NCBI RefSeq assembly: GCF_001194135.2
Contig: NC_068982.1
Location: forward strand, 9,955,610-9,990,885
Direction: 5' to 3'
DNA: 35,276 nucleotides
Source of the DNA: Octopus bimaculoides
Taxonomy: Eukaryota
This document shows positions 1-10,966 of this stretch, piece by piece (positions within the stretch are counted from its first letter, which is position 1; each line of letters opens with the position of its first letter). Made by a program: the position numbers and the translations under genes. The notes beneath the pieces were generated by a model. It saw nothing but the letters and a program-made list of their open reading frames with translations. It had not been told where the DNA came from and ran no database searches.

Positions 1-30
<30 letters not shown>
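1..30. repeat. (GT)n microsatellite; representative of many (CA)n/(TA)n/(GA)n tracts throughout the window
   Basis: Direct read. Similar tracts at about 5160-5252, 5725-5765, 6885-6990, 11140-11185, 17645-17730 and 27460-27490 explain most YIYIYI/CVCVCV/HTHTHT ORFs in the track. Confidence 0.98.
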
Positions 31-34
<4 letters not shown>

Positions 35-846
35 ACACATGTTATATTCTATTGTAAATATTGTTCTCAGATTTCTTGTTTCTTTTTTTATCAACTCACA
101 CATATACACACAAACACTCTCTTGCTATTTTTCTCTATTTTGCAATCATTTGCCTCTTTATTTATTTACATACTTTTAAAAGGTGGAATTCTTGCTCTAC
201 ATTATTATTTATTATTTCACAACGAATACTAAATCTCTCAGACAAAATAAAAATAAACAGAAAAAGAAACTGCCTCCCCACTCGAAGAAAAATGTATAAA
301 AATCTATAAAGAAAACATGAATAGAAGCAAAAGATTTCTTTAAAATATACAGAATTATCCTGCAAAATATGAAGTAGAAATGTAATCAAAACAAAGACAA
401 AAAAGATAAGAGAAAAGAACATTAAAGAAAAAGATTATAAAAATGAAATAAACTAGAGGTGAGTTAAAGAACAAACAAAGATACTGAAAGTTTACAAAAC
501 GAAAAGAATAGAGGATAAGAAGAAGAGAAAGGAAAGTTTAGAAATGGTAAGAAAAATTTGAAGTAAACAGAAGTGAATGCTGTAATAGTGTGTGTAGGTC
601 TGAATAAGAGGTGGAGGGGGAGACAGACAGACAGACAGAGATAAAGAATACTTGCCTATGTTACAAACTACAAGCTGTAGGTCAGAAAAGGTCATGTTTG
701 TTATTTATTAGCATAGATTTTTACGGCATTTTGGTAACCTAGTGAATGAAATGCAAATACATACACACACACACACACAAATATATATGTATACTCACAC
801 ACATACATATACACATGAATATGCATACATACACACACACACATAT

Positions 847-1017
847 ATACCTGCAATTATTGGGGCCCTGAGATATGTAACACACTGCCTAAATACCAAT
901 CTGGAGAAATTAGGCTTCTCAAAACCAGAAAGGAGAAAGCTAATTTGAAGACTACAGATCCTATCCATCACTGGAACTGTAACAATCTGTAAAACTTTCC
1001 AGAAGTTTATCATTTAA
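847..1017 (+). mobile_element. Decayed C-terminal fragment of an RLE-type (R4/Dong-like) non-LTR retrotransposon ORF
   Basis: Translates IPAIIGALRYVTHCLNTNLEKLGFSKPERRKLI*RLQILSITGTVTICKTF. This matches the IPxVIGALG...LQK...GT..I terminal motif also seen at 16070-16225. One in-frame stop. Confidence 0.65.
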
Positions 1018-2673
1018 ATATATTTGAGCATGTCTAGATATGCAACTATATGCATGAGAATACATACATAAAGCAAAACACACAAATCTGCACATATACA
1101 TACATACATACATACAAACAAAAATACCCTGTTATTGATGTTGAAATTCCAATGTAGGAGCCTTGATCTAGGTTAGAAACCAGCTCTTTGCTTTTCAGTA
1201 TCCTGAAACTAGCACATGTTGTCAATATTTGTATTCTACAAGCAGAAAATGATTAAATAGCATGTCTTTTGCAGTTTTAAGCATTCAATATGCATTTAAT
1301 GTGACCTCTATCATAGACGCAAGCTTGTTGCCATAATCAAACAGAAAGGTAAAATTTTCAGGTGTGTAAAACAGTAGAACATGGCGTCAACAAGCGGTTT
1401 CAATATATTAGTCAATATGTGCCTTCTCGCTGGCAAAAGAGTTCTCATGCTTGGCTTGTTACTATGGAAACAGACATGAATGTGTCTGTGGCTTATGATT
1501 GGCTAAAATTACCCAAAAATTTTCAAACTTTAATTAGCAAATAGCTCTTTATTTATTGGTTTATAACAAAAAGGATTTTCATGGCATTGATTAGCCTATA
1601 AAAGCTTATCACTGCAATTGAACAGAAATTGAAATTGACAGCCAAATGGAAAAGATCTGATGATTGGGATAAAGACATTCATTACTTGAAAAGCAGGGAG
1701 TGATTGAAGGCAGGAAGAGAATCTTGCCGTAAAATGCTTCCGAAAATAAATCATATCTCTGAACATTACTTTAGTATGGAAAAACTGCTGTTAAATGAAT
1801 AAATGCATAAACACACATACACACACACACATTTATATATGACCAAAGTCATTATTTTTAAATCTGCTCTTCGGTGCTTGTATGTGTCTGTCTATATAAT
1901 TATGTTACAATGCTAATATCATTCAGATATAACAAAATTTTGAATAGCAGCCTTCCTATTTTACAGCAGATTATCATTTTGACACAATATACAGGCATAA
2001 GAAGGATTGGAGAGTTCACAGCTTTCCATTACTTTCAATTATTCATACTTTCTTGTATGCTTCAAAGTCCTCACTCAATATCTTCCTTAACTTACCAATG
2101 TTTGAGATACAATCAATATCTTCACCAACTTACAACCTATTTCTTTTTCTGTTCCACAAATACATTCCTATTATATTATTAACTTCAATCACCACTCTCT
2201 CTCTCTCTCATACACGCATGACCTCTTGTCTCTAATAGCTAATCTCTCCTTTGGTTTACAGGCAAGCAATTAATAGTCAGATATTTACATGATTTGTTAG
2301 AGCAGGTGTTTTTACAGACTAACAACCAGCCTGAAGCTATTTATTCAACCACGAAATGGCAGTGCTAGCTTATTTTTCTCTCAGGTTGGTCTAAAGCAAG
2401 CAGAGTTATATGCTTTTCGTCAGGACTTAATGTAATTTTCTGCAGTAAACGGGTCTGACTTAAGGGTTGGTGGTTCATTGAGTAAAATAAGTGATGGTGC
2501 CTTAATGAGACAAAAAGAGATTCTTTTCTGCTGCTCACCCAACTCTTTTGACAAGGACATTCTTTATTTCGAAAGAGAGAATATTCTCAGGGAAGAGCCT
2601 TGAATTCCACTTTCGTTTATTGTTCATAATTCAATAATTTTAAGGAGCAGCTCAATAGCAAAAATGGTAGAGT

Positions 2674-2850
2674 TATCATCATCATCATTATAATCATTAT
2701 CATCATTTCATGTAAATTTTCTATATGGGCATGGGTGGGACGGTTTGACAGGAGCTGGTGAACGGGGCATACTGGGTGCTTTTTATGTGGCACTGGCACT
2801 AGTGATGTTACTAAGCAACTCATAAGACAAGACCCCCACAATTGAGGAAG
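2674..2850 (-). mobile_element. Decayed SINE-like repeat with (GAT)n tail (family C)
   Basis: (ATC)n tract followed by catgggtgggacggtttgacagg and gtgctttttatgtggcac, which are also present in the copies at 8659-8990 and (reverse complement) 5253-5595. Confidence 0.65.
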
Positions 2851-3222
2851 GTGGAATTATGCCAGGGGATGAGAAGTTAAAGGGTTAGGGTTAGGGTTAG
2901 GGAGAGAAGTGGGTGTCTAATTGTAGGGAAGATACATGGTTGCCCCAGTTGGAAAAGAAAGAAGATGGGTGGTAAAGAATTGTGAGGGCACACCTTTAAG
3001 TTACAGGAAGGTGATTATAAGTGAAGTGATAAGGGTGGATAAGTAACTACAAGGTAATAAACGTTTTACAGTACTTAATGAGTTCCAATTAACTTACATC
3101 AACACTACCTTTCATCTCTGGATTAATAGAATAAATATCAGAAATATACATATAATGATTAAATGAACCACTTTGCTATAAATTTGTGGTCTTGTACCAA
3201 TACCAGAAATCATATAGTTTAA

Positions 3223-3446
3223 TCCCTTAGCATCTAAACCGACCATATCCAGCATGAATATTCTATCCATTTTATGAGAAGCCAGACTAGATCTGGTGTC
3301 TCACATCTACCCTACAACATCATTTAAAAATTTTTTCAAATCACATCAGAAAAACCTCAAAGCTATAAGATAGTGGTTTGATTAATCTAAAACAATTTGA
3401 ATAAATACCCATTAAATTTGACTGAATAAATCTGAATGCTAAACGG
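3223..3446 (+). mobile_element. piggyBac-type MITE
   Basis: TTAA at 3219-3222 and 3447-3450. Degenerate terminal inverted repeats (tcccttagcatc ... aatgctaaacgg). Related copies at 19328-19539 and 19544-20363. Confidence 0.85.
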
Positions 3447-3679
3447 TTAATTATTTTCTTTCTGAATCTGGAAATTCCCCAGACACATGACTCTTGTGAA
3501 GTTCTTGATATTTGGCACAGACCAGCAGCAGTGTTTAAAAGAAAAAAAACTAAAAAGGAGAAAACAGAAAGAATTTAAGAACAGAATTATGAGCAATCTT
3601 CTTATCTTAAAAGATAGTAAATAATGGAATAATAAAACAGAAAGTGAAAACAAGATAACCAGGGTTCAAACTTATGGTT

Positions 3680-3865
3680 TCAAATTTTGGCACAAGGTCA
3701 GCAAATTCGAAGGAGGGGTAAGTCAATTACTTTATTTTATCAACCCCGAAAAGGGATAAAATGTACAGTTGACCTTGGTAGAGTTTGAACTCAGAACATA
3801 ACGATGGGTATAATGCCACCAAGCATTTTGTCCAGTGTGCTAATGATTCTGCCAGCTCTCTGCCT
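3680..3865 (-). mobile_element. tRNA-derived SINE, family B (decayed)
   Basis: Reverse complement matches the intact copy at 20447-20676 (gagctggcagaa..ttagcac, gagttcaaa B-box, ggtcaac/gcctttcatcc core). Confidence 0.8.
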
Positions 3866-3897
3866 TCACTTATGGTCATAATATTAATAAATTTAAG

Positions 3898-4087
3898 GTG
3901 GTCAACTGGCAGAACCATTAGCACACCACACAGAATCCTTGTTCTGAGTTCAAATTCTGCTGAGGTCAACTTTGCCTTTCATCTTCTTTAGGATCAACAA
4001 AATAAGTACTAGAAAAATACTGAGGTTGAGGTAATCAACTAGGCCCCTTCCCTTGAAAACTGCAAGTGCTGTACCAAAATTTGAAAC
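3898..4087 (+). mobile_element. tRNA-derived SINE, family B (decayed), head-to-head with the previous copy
   Basis: ggtggtcaactggcagaaccattagcac...ctgagttcaaattctgctgaggtcaactttgcctttcatc...aaatttgaaac. Confidence 0.8.
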
Positions 4088-4191
4088 TGTTATATTGATA
4101 ATACGGTTCTATATTTAAGAGATGAGGAATTATGTACATTATTTACATTAATTACATTCGACGGATATTTGTCCTCATCTTGTTTGTTGTT

Positions 4192-4237
4192 AACACAACG
4201 TTTCGGCTGATATACCCTCCAGCCTTCATCAGGTGTC
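4192..4237 (-). ncRNA. Minimal type I hammerhead ribozyme motif (PLE-type, palindromic stem III)
   Basis: Minus strand reads GACAC-CUGAUGA-A-GGCUG(gagggtatat)CAGCC-GAAAC-GUU-GUGUU. Stem I 5 bp, stem II 5 bp, intact core, ACGU palindromic stem III, GUU cleavage triplet. Confidence 0.8.
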
Positions 4238-4433
4238 TTGGGATGAAGTTAAAATAAGACAGAAAACACCACTGGAAAATACAAAAACTAAAAGAAGCAG
4301 CACATAAGCTAGGACACAACAACCTCCTAAGCAGACTGAGTGCAGATATGAGTAGAATATGGGAACCGGTATCAATGAAGGATAGGAAAATATTAGGTTT
4401 ATAAGCCCTAAAATTCACTCCATAATTGCCCAT

Positions 4434-4504
4434 GGGCATATGCCATAGTGTTTAAGAGCGCAGGCTACTAACCCCAAGATTCCGAGTTTGATTCCAGGCA
4501 GTGA

Positions 4505-4507
<3 letters not shown>
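4434..4507 (+). other. tRNA-like Pol III promoter segment inside the PLE 3' region
   Basis: A-box-like tagtgtttaag, anticodon-arm-like ggctactaacc and B-box-like gagtttgattcc, followed by (AAT)n at 4509-4560. Not a functional tRNA (degenerate stems). Confidence 0.65.
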
Positions 4508-4560
<53 letters not shown>

Positions 4561-4608
4561 TCAAAAAAATACCTTAGGAATGAGAACCCAGGTTCAAAAT
4601 TTCTCCAA

Positions 4609-4651
4609 GACACTTGATGAAAGCTGGAGGGTATATCAGCCGAAACATGTT
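4609..4651 (+). ncRNA. Degenerate copy of the 4192-4237 hammerhead
   Basis: GACAC-UUGAUGA-A-AGCUG(gagggtatat)CAGCC-GAAAC-AUGUU. C3>U, first stem II pair lost and cleavage-site region altered; probably inactive. Confidence 0.6.
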
Positions 4652-5040
4652 AATGACAAACAAGTTGAGGACAAATATCCGTCGAATGTAAATAATGTAA
4701 ATAATGTGTTGTATTGATAAGTCTGTAAACCATTGAACAATAAAAAGAATATAAAATAATGAGTCATAGAACATACTGCAATACAGGATTGCCACTTGAC
4801 AATTTTCTTTATGAGGCCTATCTAGAGTTTGTATCTGGGGAGTTAATGAAGCATTCTCGATTATACTCTGTTGCTACTGTTTTTAGTATAATTGTTGCGC
4901 CTACCATTGAAATTATTACAAACAACTTGGAGGTGTGGACACCGTCCGAGAGTGAAGATTCTTAACTTTGGCCAGTAAAACAGGACTGGTAACAGGATAT
5001 GAAATGAAGAGAACTCACTCAGCAGAATTATTCAAAATAT

Positions 5041-5077
5041 TGAGTCACTCAGGTCGATGAGTCAATGTTTTGAGTCA
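5041..5077. promoter_or_regulatory. Cluster of three perfect AP-1 (TGAGTCA) sites
   Basis: TGAGTCA at 5041-5047, 5058-5064 and 5071-5077, plus a fourth at 4760-4766. Motif match only. Confidence 0.4.
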
Positions 5078-5158
5078 ACCTCTGTGCACTGTATGAAACA
5101 GGATGGAAAATACCAAGAAGCAACTAATAAACTCTCTAAACAATATCCAAACTACTAA

Positions 5159-5208
<50 letters not shown>

Positions 5209-5215
5209 GTATGTG

Positions 5216-5252
<37 letters not shown>

Positions 5253-5257
<5 letters not shown>

Positions 5258-5595
5258 CGTTGCCAGTACCGCCTGACTGGCCTTCGTAGGATTTTCGAGC
5301 GAGATCGTTGCCAGTGCCCCTGGACTGGCTCTTGTGCGGGTAGCACATAAAATACACCATTTTGAGCATGACCGTTGCCAGTACAGCCTAACTGGTCTTC
5401 GTGCGGGTGACACGTAAAAGCTCCCACTACACTCTTGGAGTGGTTGGCGTTAGGAAGGGCATCCAGCTGCAGAAACTCTGCCAAATCAGATTGGAGGCTG
5501 GTGTTGCCATCCGATTTCACCAGTTCTCAGTCAAATCGTCCAACCCATGCTAGCATGGAAAGCGGACGTTAAACGATGATGATGATGATGATGAT
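5253..5595 (+). mobile_element. SINE-like repeat with (GAT)n tail (family C), well preserved
   Basis: Three internal subrepeats starting (c)cgttgccagt, then ggcgttaggaagggcatccagctg...gcatggaaagcggacgttaaac(gat)n. Confidence 0.85.
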
Positions 5596-5618
5596 ATATA
5601 TATATATATATATATATA

Positions 5619-5720
5619 CAGGTACAGGTATGGCTGTGTGGTAAGAAGTTTGTTTCTCAAGCACATGGTTCTCGGTTCAGTGTCACTGTGTGTCTTCTAT
5701 TAAAGCCCCAACTGACAAGA

Positions 5721-5771
<51 letters not shown>

Positions 5772-5934
5772 TCTTTGTGTTTGCACCCCCCCCCACCTCA
5801 CCTCTGCTTCACAACTGGTGTTGGTGTAAAATAATAGGCTTGTAAAGAAAAGAATAAGTCATGAGATCGATCTGTTCGACTAAAATTCTTCAAGATGGTG
5901 CCATGCATAGCCACAATCCAATCACTGAAACAAG

Positions 5935-5935
<1 letters not shown>
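5619..5935 (+). mobile_element. tRNA-derived SINE, family A (internally deleted)
   Basis: Head ggctgtgtggtaag..ggttcagt, internal (GT)n, tail gaataagtc..tcgatctgttcgactaa..actgaaacaag. Compare 10967-11402. Confidence 0.8.
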
Positions 5936-5969
<34 letters not shown>

Positions 5970-6010
5970 CACACACACACACACGTTTCAATATAGAAAT
6001 GATAGCCAAG

Positions 6011-6053
<43 letters not shown>

Positions 6054-6874
6054 CTTGTGCATGTATGTGTATGTGCTTGTGTCTGTGTGTATGTATTTCT
6101 CTTGCTTAACACATTTTGTGGATGCCTATACAAAATGCAAGGAGATAATAAGATGCCCAGAAAGCCTAATCTCTTCCTTGATCCCACCAGAATAAATAAG
6201 GAAAAAAAAAAAACGAAAAATAGGAAAGCAATAAAACTTACATAAATAAAATTAAAGGACTTAAAGTAGTTAACTCAAGGAAATCTCACGGACTTGAAGC
6301 AAGACACAAAGTTCCAGCAAATGACAAGAAAAAGAAAAAAAGAACCAATATCTCTCCTTCTTCTCCTCACCTTTCCCTCTCATCCTTTCTTACACTTTCT
6401 GCTTGTTCCCATTGTAACCTTTTAATCAGCTTAGATAACTATGGATGGTAAATTCAGAAAGTGCTTTACCATCTGTTGTAATATATTAACGTTTCCTTCT
6501 CCAAGAGGTCTAACAAATTGCATTTACTTGGAGATCTCTAATCTTTTGGTATTTTAAAAGATTCTTATATTCAGGACAGGTCATGATAATAACCTTCACA
6601 GACCTTTTACTAATGTCTACTGCATTACATATCTATGCCTGCGTATAATGTAGATGCGGTTTAAATCCAAGCTACATCCTCTTGAAGCACATCTGCTAAT
6701 TCCAGTGTTGTGCTTGATTCTCTGTCTGAAGAATTTCAAATAGGAGATATCTTAGATATTTTCTCCTAATCGTACAACTTTCAAACTCTTATAACAAATG
6801 AAACAGGTATAACGGTGAATAAATAATACCCCAAAAATTTTATCTACTCTCCTGTTTTAACATACATACACATA

Positions 6875-6988
<114 letters not shown>

Positions 6989-6994
6989 TAGAGA

Positions 6995-7482
6995 GAGAGC
7001 AGTGCATGCCATCAAAGCAACACAGGGATAAAATATACAAAGCCCAGGATACCCACCATGACTACTCATCCGATAAGGGTACGCCAGGCACATGCATCAC
7101 ACACCTACATGTGAGAGATATGGTAATCTCATATCAAGATAAACAGCACATAACCTCACAGGTGGGGGGCCCAGTTAGAGTTTTCTTCAGGCTGAGTCGC
7201 CCATCCCACTCAAACGGTCCTTGAATAAGGATTGTTTAAGGATGTTGAGCGATACACCTGTGTTTCCAGAGGTGAGTTATCCAAACCTCAAAGAATTCCC
7301 CCACTACTTCTGTTCATGATCAGCAGCCACCAAGGGACATGCTTGACTGGTTAAGGTCAAACCACTGACAAGCAAATCTGTGGTATTAAGCAGAATATTT
7401 GCTGTAGCCCATCTTTTATACCAAGACAAAACATGTTCATGATAACACTTCCAATCAATTAAGATCAGAAGCCATGGCAGCC
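6995..7482. repeat. Unclassified interspersed repeat
   Basis: Higher-GC block (gagagcagtgcatgccatcaaag...aagatcagaagccatg) that I recall as a high-copy octopus repeat. No second copy in this window and no ORF. Confidence 0.5.
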
Positions 7483-8126
7483 AGAGCATGTACTTATGTG
7501 TATAGGCACAGAGGTAGTGCTATGATGATTTCTTTAGTCAACTGAATCAACACCAGCACTCCTTAAATGCTTAAGTTTATTCCATCAGTCTCATTATTCC
7601 AAAACAAGATGTTATGGGGTCATGAACAAACTGTTGTGAAGTAGTGAGAGACAAACACATACACAACAGCACACGCACACACACATATGAAAAGCTTCCA
7701 CGCAGTGTGAATGACCTCAAGGTCACATGGTTAAGAAAGAAATTCTGAATCATACAGCAATATATATATATATATAAACAAATAATTATATTCTTGGGAA
7801 TAGAAATTTCCCTTATGAATTTTTTTACACACTGGCTTCTTGATAAAATTCTTGTAAAAGAGTTTTATCCCTTTTTGAATTTATTTATCAAATATATACA
7901 CGGAATATATTCAATGTTGAATTTTTATTCCTGTCTCCACATGGGTACCCAGAAGCAACCCGGAAGTATTCCCGCTTCTTTGATGAAGATATATACAGAT
8001 AAACTTCATTCCCTTTACTCTGTCGGATACGTAGTGTGTTCGTTTTTGGTGAGGTGAGAATTCTGTTTATTTATATATATTTTTGGGACAATACTGTGCT
8101 GATGAACGAAATCTAGATTCATTCTA

Positions 8127-8655
8127 NNNNNNNNNNNNNNNNNNNNNNNNNNNNNNNNNNNNNNNNNNNNNNNNNNNNNNNNNNNNNNNNNNNNNNNNNN
8201 NNNNNNNNNNNNNNNNNNNNNNNNNNNNNNNNNNNNNNNNNNNNNNNNNNNNNNNNNNNNNNNNNNNNNNNNNNNNNNNNNNNNNNNNNNNNNNNNNNNN
8301 NNNNNNNNNNNNNNNNNNNNNNNNNNNNNNNNNNNNNNNNNNNNNNNNNNNNNNNNNNNNNNNNNNNNNNNNNNNNNNNNNNNNNNNNNNNNNNNNNNNN
8401 NNNNNNNNNNNNNNNNNNNNNNNNNNNNNNNNNNNNNNNNNNNNNNNNNNNNNNNNNNNNNNNNNNNNNNNNNNNNNNNNNNNNNNNNNNNNNNNNNNNN
8501 NNNNNNNNNNNNNNNNNNNNNNNNNNNNNNNNNNNNNNNNNNNNNNNNNNNNNNNNNNNNNNNNNNNNNNNNNNNNNNNNNNNNNNNNNNNNNNNNNNNN
8601 NNNNNNNNNNNNNNNNNNNNNNNNNNNNNNNNNNNNNNNNNNNNNNNNNNNNNNN
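8127..8655. other. Assembly gap (N run)
   Basis: Direct read. Other gaps at 14835-15272, 20041-20106, 23247-23676 and 28400-28738. ORFs crossing these gaps are artefacts. Confidence 0.99.
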
Positions 8656-8658
8656 TGT

Positions 8659-8990
8659 ATCATCATCATCATCATCATTTAATGTCTGCTTCCATGTTGA
8701 CATGGGCTGGATGGTTTGACAGGCGTCAGCCAGGCAGGAGCCCAGACCAGACTTCTGTGTCTGCTTTGGCAGGGGTTTTACAGCTGGATGCCCTTCCTAA
8801 CATCAAGCACTCAGTAGAGTGGACTTTGTGCTTCTTACGTGTAACAAACACAGGCGAGGTCAGTTTTGGAAAGGTTTTTCACAACTGGATGCCCTTCCAA
8901 ATGCCAACCACTTTACAGTGTGGACTGGATGCTTTTTACGTGGCATCAGCATTGCAGGGTCACTGAGTAACTTGCAAAACAAAGATCCTT
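8659..8990 (-). mobile_element. SINE-like family C copy
   Basis: (ATC)n then tttaatgtctgcttccatg and two copies of ctggatgcccttcc; reverse complement of 5253-5595. Confidence 0.8.
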
Positions 8991-9111
8991 CAAGAAAAGA
9001 GGGGTCATTGGAGGAGGATGATAGGTTATAGTGAGATAAGAGAGACAGATGTCTTACTATAGAGGTGGTACAGGATTACCCAGTCAGAGAGAAAGAGAGT
9101 TAGTCATCATG

Positions 9112-9145
<34 letters not shown>

Positions 9146-9476
9146 AGACGTGAAACTTTATTTTTCTTTCATTCATTAACTGCTTTATTTTATTTCGTTC
9201 AAGGACAGTTTTAAATCGCCTTACTCTATCTAATTTTACTTCATACGAGGACTATTGTAAATCTTTTAAACATCTCACCTGCTCGTAATTTTAATTTTTA
9301 TTTATTTTATCCGATGTAATTTTCTGTATATGTTTTGTGATTACCCAACCTTAGGATTATAATAAATGCGATATACATGTATATATTTATCGTACTCCCA
9401 ATTTGAATATGTACTGGCTGGACCAGGAGGATGATAAACTAATCTGTCTTATCTCCCTCCTTAAACTTTGATATAT

Positions 9477-9507
<31 letters not shown>

Positions 9508-10507
9508 ATAATGCAAATAATATGTGAGTATATGCATATATACGTACATACCTACCTCTACATGTATATATAGATGCATATCTGGGTACAGGACATCACA
9601 AAGAAATGTGGACAAAAGACAGATAGACAGACAGACAGATAGATATTATATGATCCTTTTAGTACCAACTAGCCCCAGACCACCATGCCTCTAAGATATA
9701 AATTTCCTGTTTCAAAGTAAACTAAATTAAAACCTTCCATCAGAATTCCTTGTTAATTTCTGTTCCAAATCTCAATTTAAAAATGAGATGGTAATTCAAA
9801 ATTAATTGAAACAAGGCGGTGTACTTCAAGAGAACTTTGGTAACAAAAGGGTTAACGAGAACAGAATTACAAATGAGCTTGTGGTTACTGAGAGGAAAAT
9901 TTAATGGTCAAAAACACATTTGACCACAATGTAGCAAAAATTAGCATGCTACTGCTGACAAAGAAGTTTAATAATCAAAAACTTTGGCAGTAAAACCCAC
10001 AAAAATTCTACCATTATAAAAGAAGCAATACGGATGCCAAATTTATTTCAGTTCTTGATAATGAGAGGAAATTGATTGTTCCAAACTAACGGCAAAAGCT
10101 GATATGAAAATATGAAAAATCTGTAACAGGAAAGATTAAACTGGAACACAGTCATGTGTTTAATGAAGCATATATATAGACAAACATATATATATATATA
10201 TATATATATATGCGAGTAAAAATAAATTCAAAAAAGGGTTTTTTTTTGTATGATTGTGTATAGAGGAAAATATTATTTTGTTTAAAAGAGTTCCAACACT
10301 GTCTGTTTTTTATGTTTTATTTATATTCCTGCAGAACCAATGTGGGGTATAGAATATGGAATATACAATATATAATATAATATAAAATATATAATATAAA
10401 ATAAAATAAAATAAAAATGGATGGCACCATGAAATAAAGTATTGAATGTAGATGAAATATTGAGTGTTCAATATAAAGGATCAAATATATAAATATAAGT
10501 ATATAAA

Positions 10508-10547
10508 GGCGACTCGAGTTTCAGGGCTATTTCCCTTCGTCATGGCC
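10508..10547 (-). ncRNA. Minimal type I hammerhead motif, second family
   Basis: Minus strand reads GGC-C(A)UGACGA-AGGG(aaauag)CCCU-GAAAC-UCGA-GUC-GCC. Stem I 3 bp, stem II 4 bp, ACUCGAGU palindrome, GUC triplet; one extra A in the core. Confidence 0.65.
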
Positions 10548-10664
10548 GGTATGACAGACTTTATATACAGTTGGAATTTACAAAAAAACAAACAAAACAA
10601 AAGACAAAGACAGACGTGTAAACAACAAACAGATATATTAGTTTAACGCTCAAAATATATGCAC

Positions 10665-10695
<31 letters not shown>

Positions 10696-10876
10696 CATAC
10701 ACACATATCTATATATGTGCACACAGACACACACATATATACATAAACATGCATATATTAAAATCAACAGAAATTTCTGCAAAGCCCTCCCCATAACAAC
10801 CCATCCTAAAAACCTAATTACCACTTCACTCAAACCCACAGAGACTATTTTAAGCCAAGATTAACTTCCAATGCAT

Positions 10877-10920
10877 CATATCTGATGATGGCTTAACTGG
10901 CCAAAACTCCAAAGTCACTG
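10877..10920 (+). ncRNA. Degenerate hammerhead remnant
   Basis: CUGAUGA-U-GGC(uuaacug)GCC-AAAAC-uccaaa-GUC-acug. G12>A and stem I poorly paired. Confidence 0.4.
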
Positions 10921-10966
10921 TCAATAGTTCTTCAACAATGATACACACACATATATTATACATTTT

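Larger units (their letters stand above)
4105..4707 (+). mobile_element. Penelope-like element (PLE), 5'-truncated: inverted pseudo-LTR, 3' end of ORF, then direct pseudo-LTR
   Basis: About 4130-4242 is the reverse complement of 4603-4707. Between them, 4270-4404 encodes HWKIQKLKEAAHKLGHNNLLSRLSADMSRIWEPVSMKDRKILGL*, resembling the C-terminus of PLE GIY-YIG endonucleases. Each repeat carries a hammerhead motif. An inverted pLTR at the truncated 5' end is the established Penelope architecture. Confidence 0.8.

Noticed and set aside
177-231. Possible 55-nt minus-strand exon (IRCEIINNNVEQEFHLLK, donor GTATGT)
   Set aside because: Short, AT-rich, no recognisable homology; expected by chance.
2260-2660. 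Minus-strand frame with LGEQQKRISF...PSLILLNEPPTLKSDPFTAENYIKS, resembling an ABC signature and Walker B
   Set aside because: The frame has many stops, needs two in-frame indels to align, and could equally be read as a decayed LINE endonuclease. Likely pattern over-reading; a BLASTX would settle it.
2881-2902. (TTAGGG)3 interstitial telomere-like repeat
   Set aside because: Only three units beside a decayed repeat; no evidence of a fusion or healing site.
4434-4507. Functional tRNA gene
   Set aside because: Acceptor and T stems are degenerate, the B-box is mutated and it is embedded in a retroelement. All other tRNA-like segments here are SINE heads.
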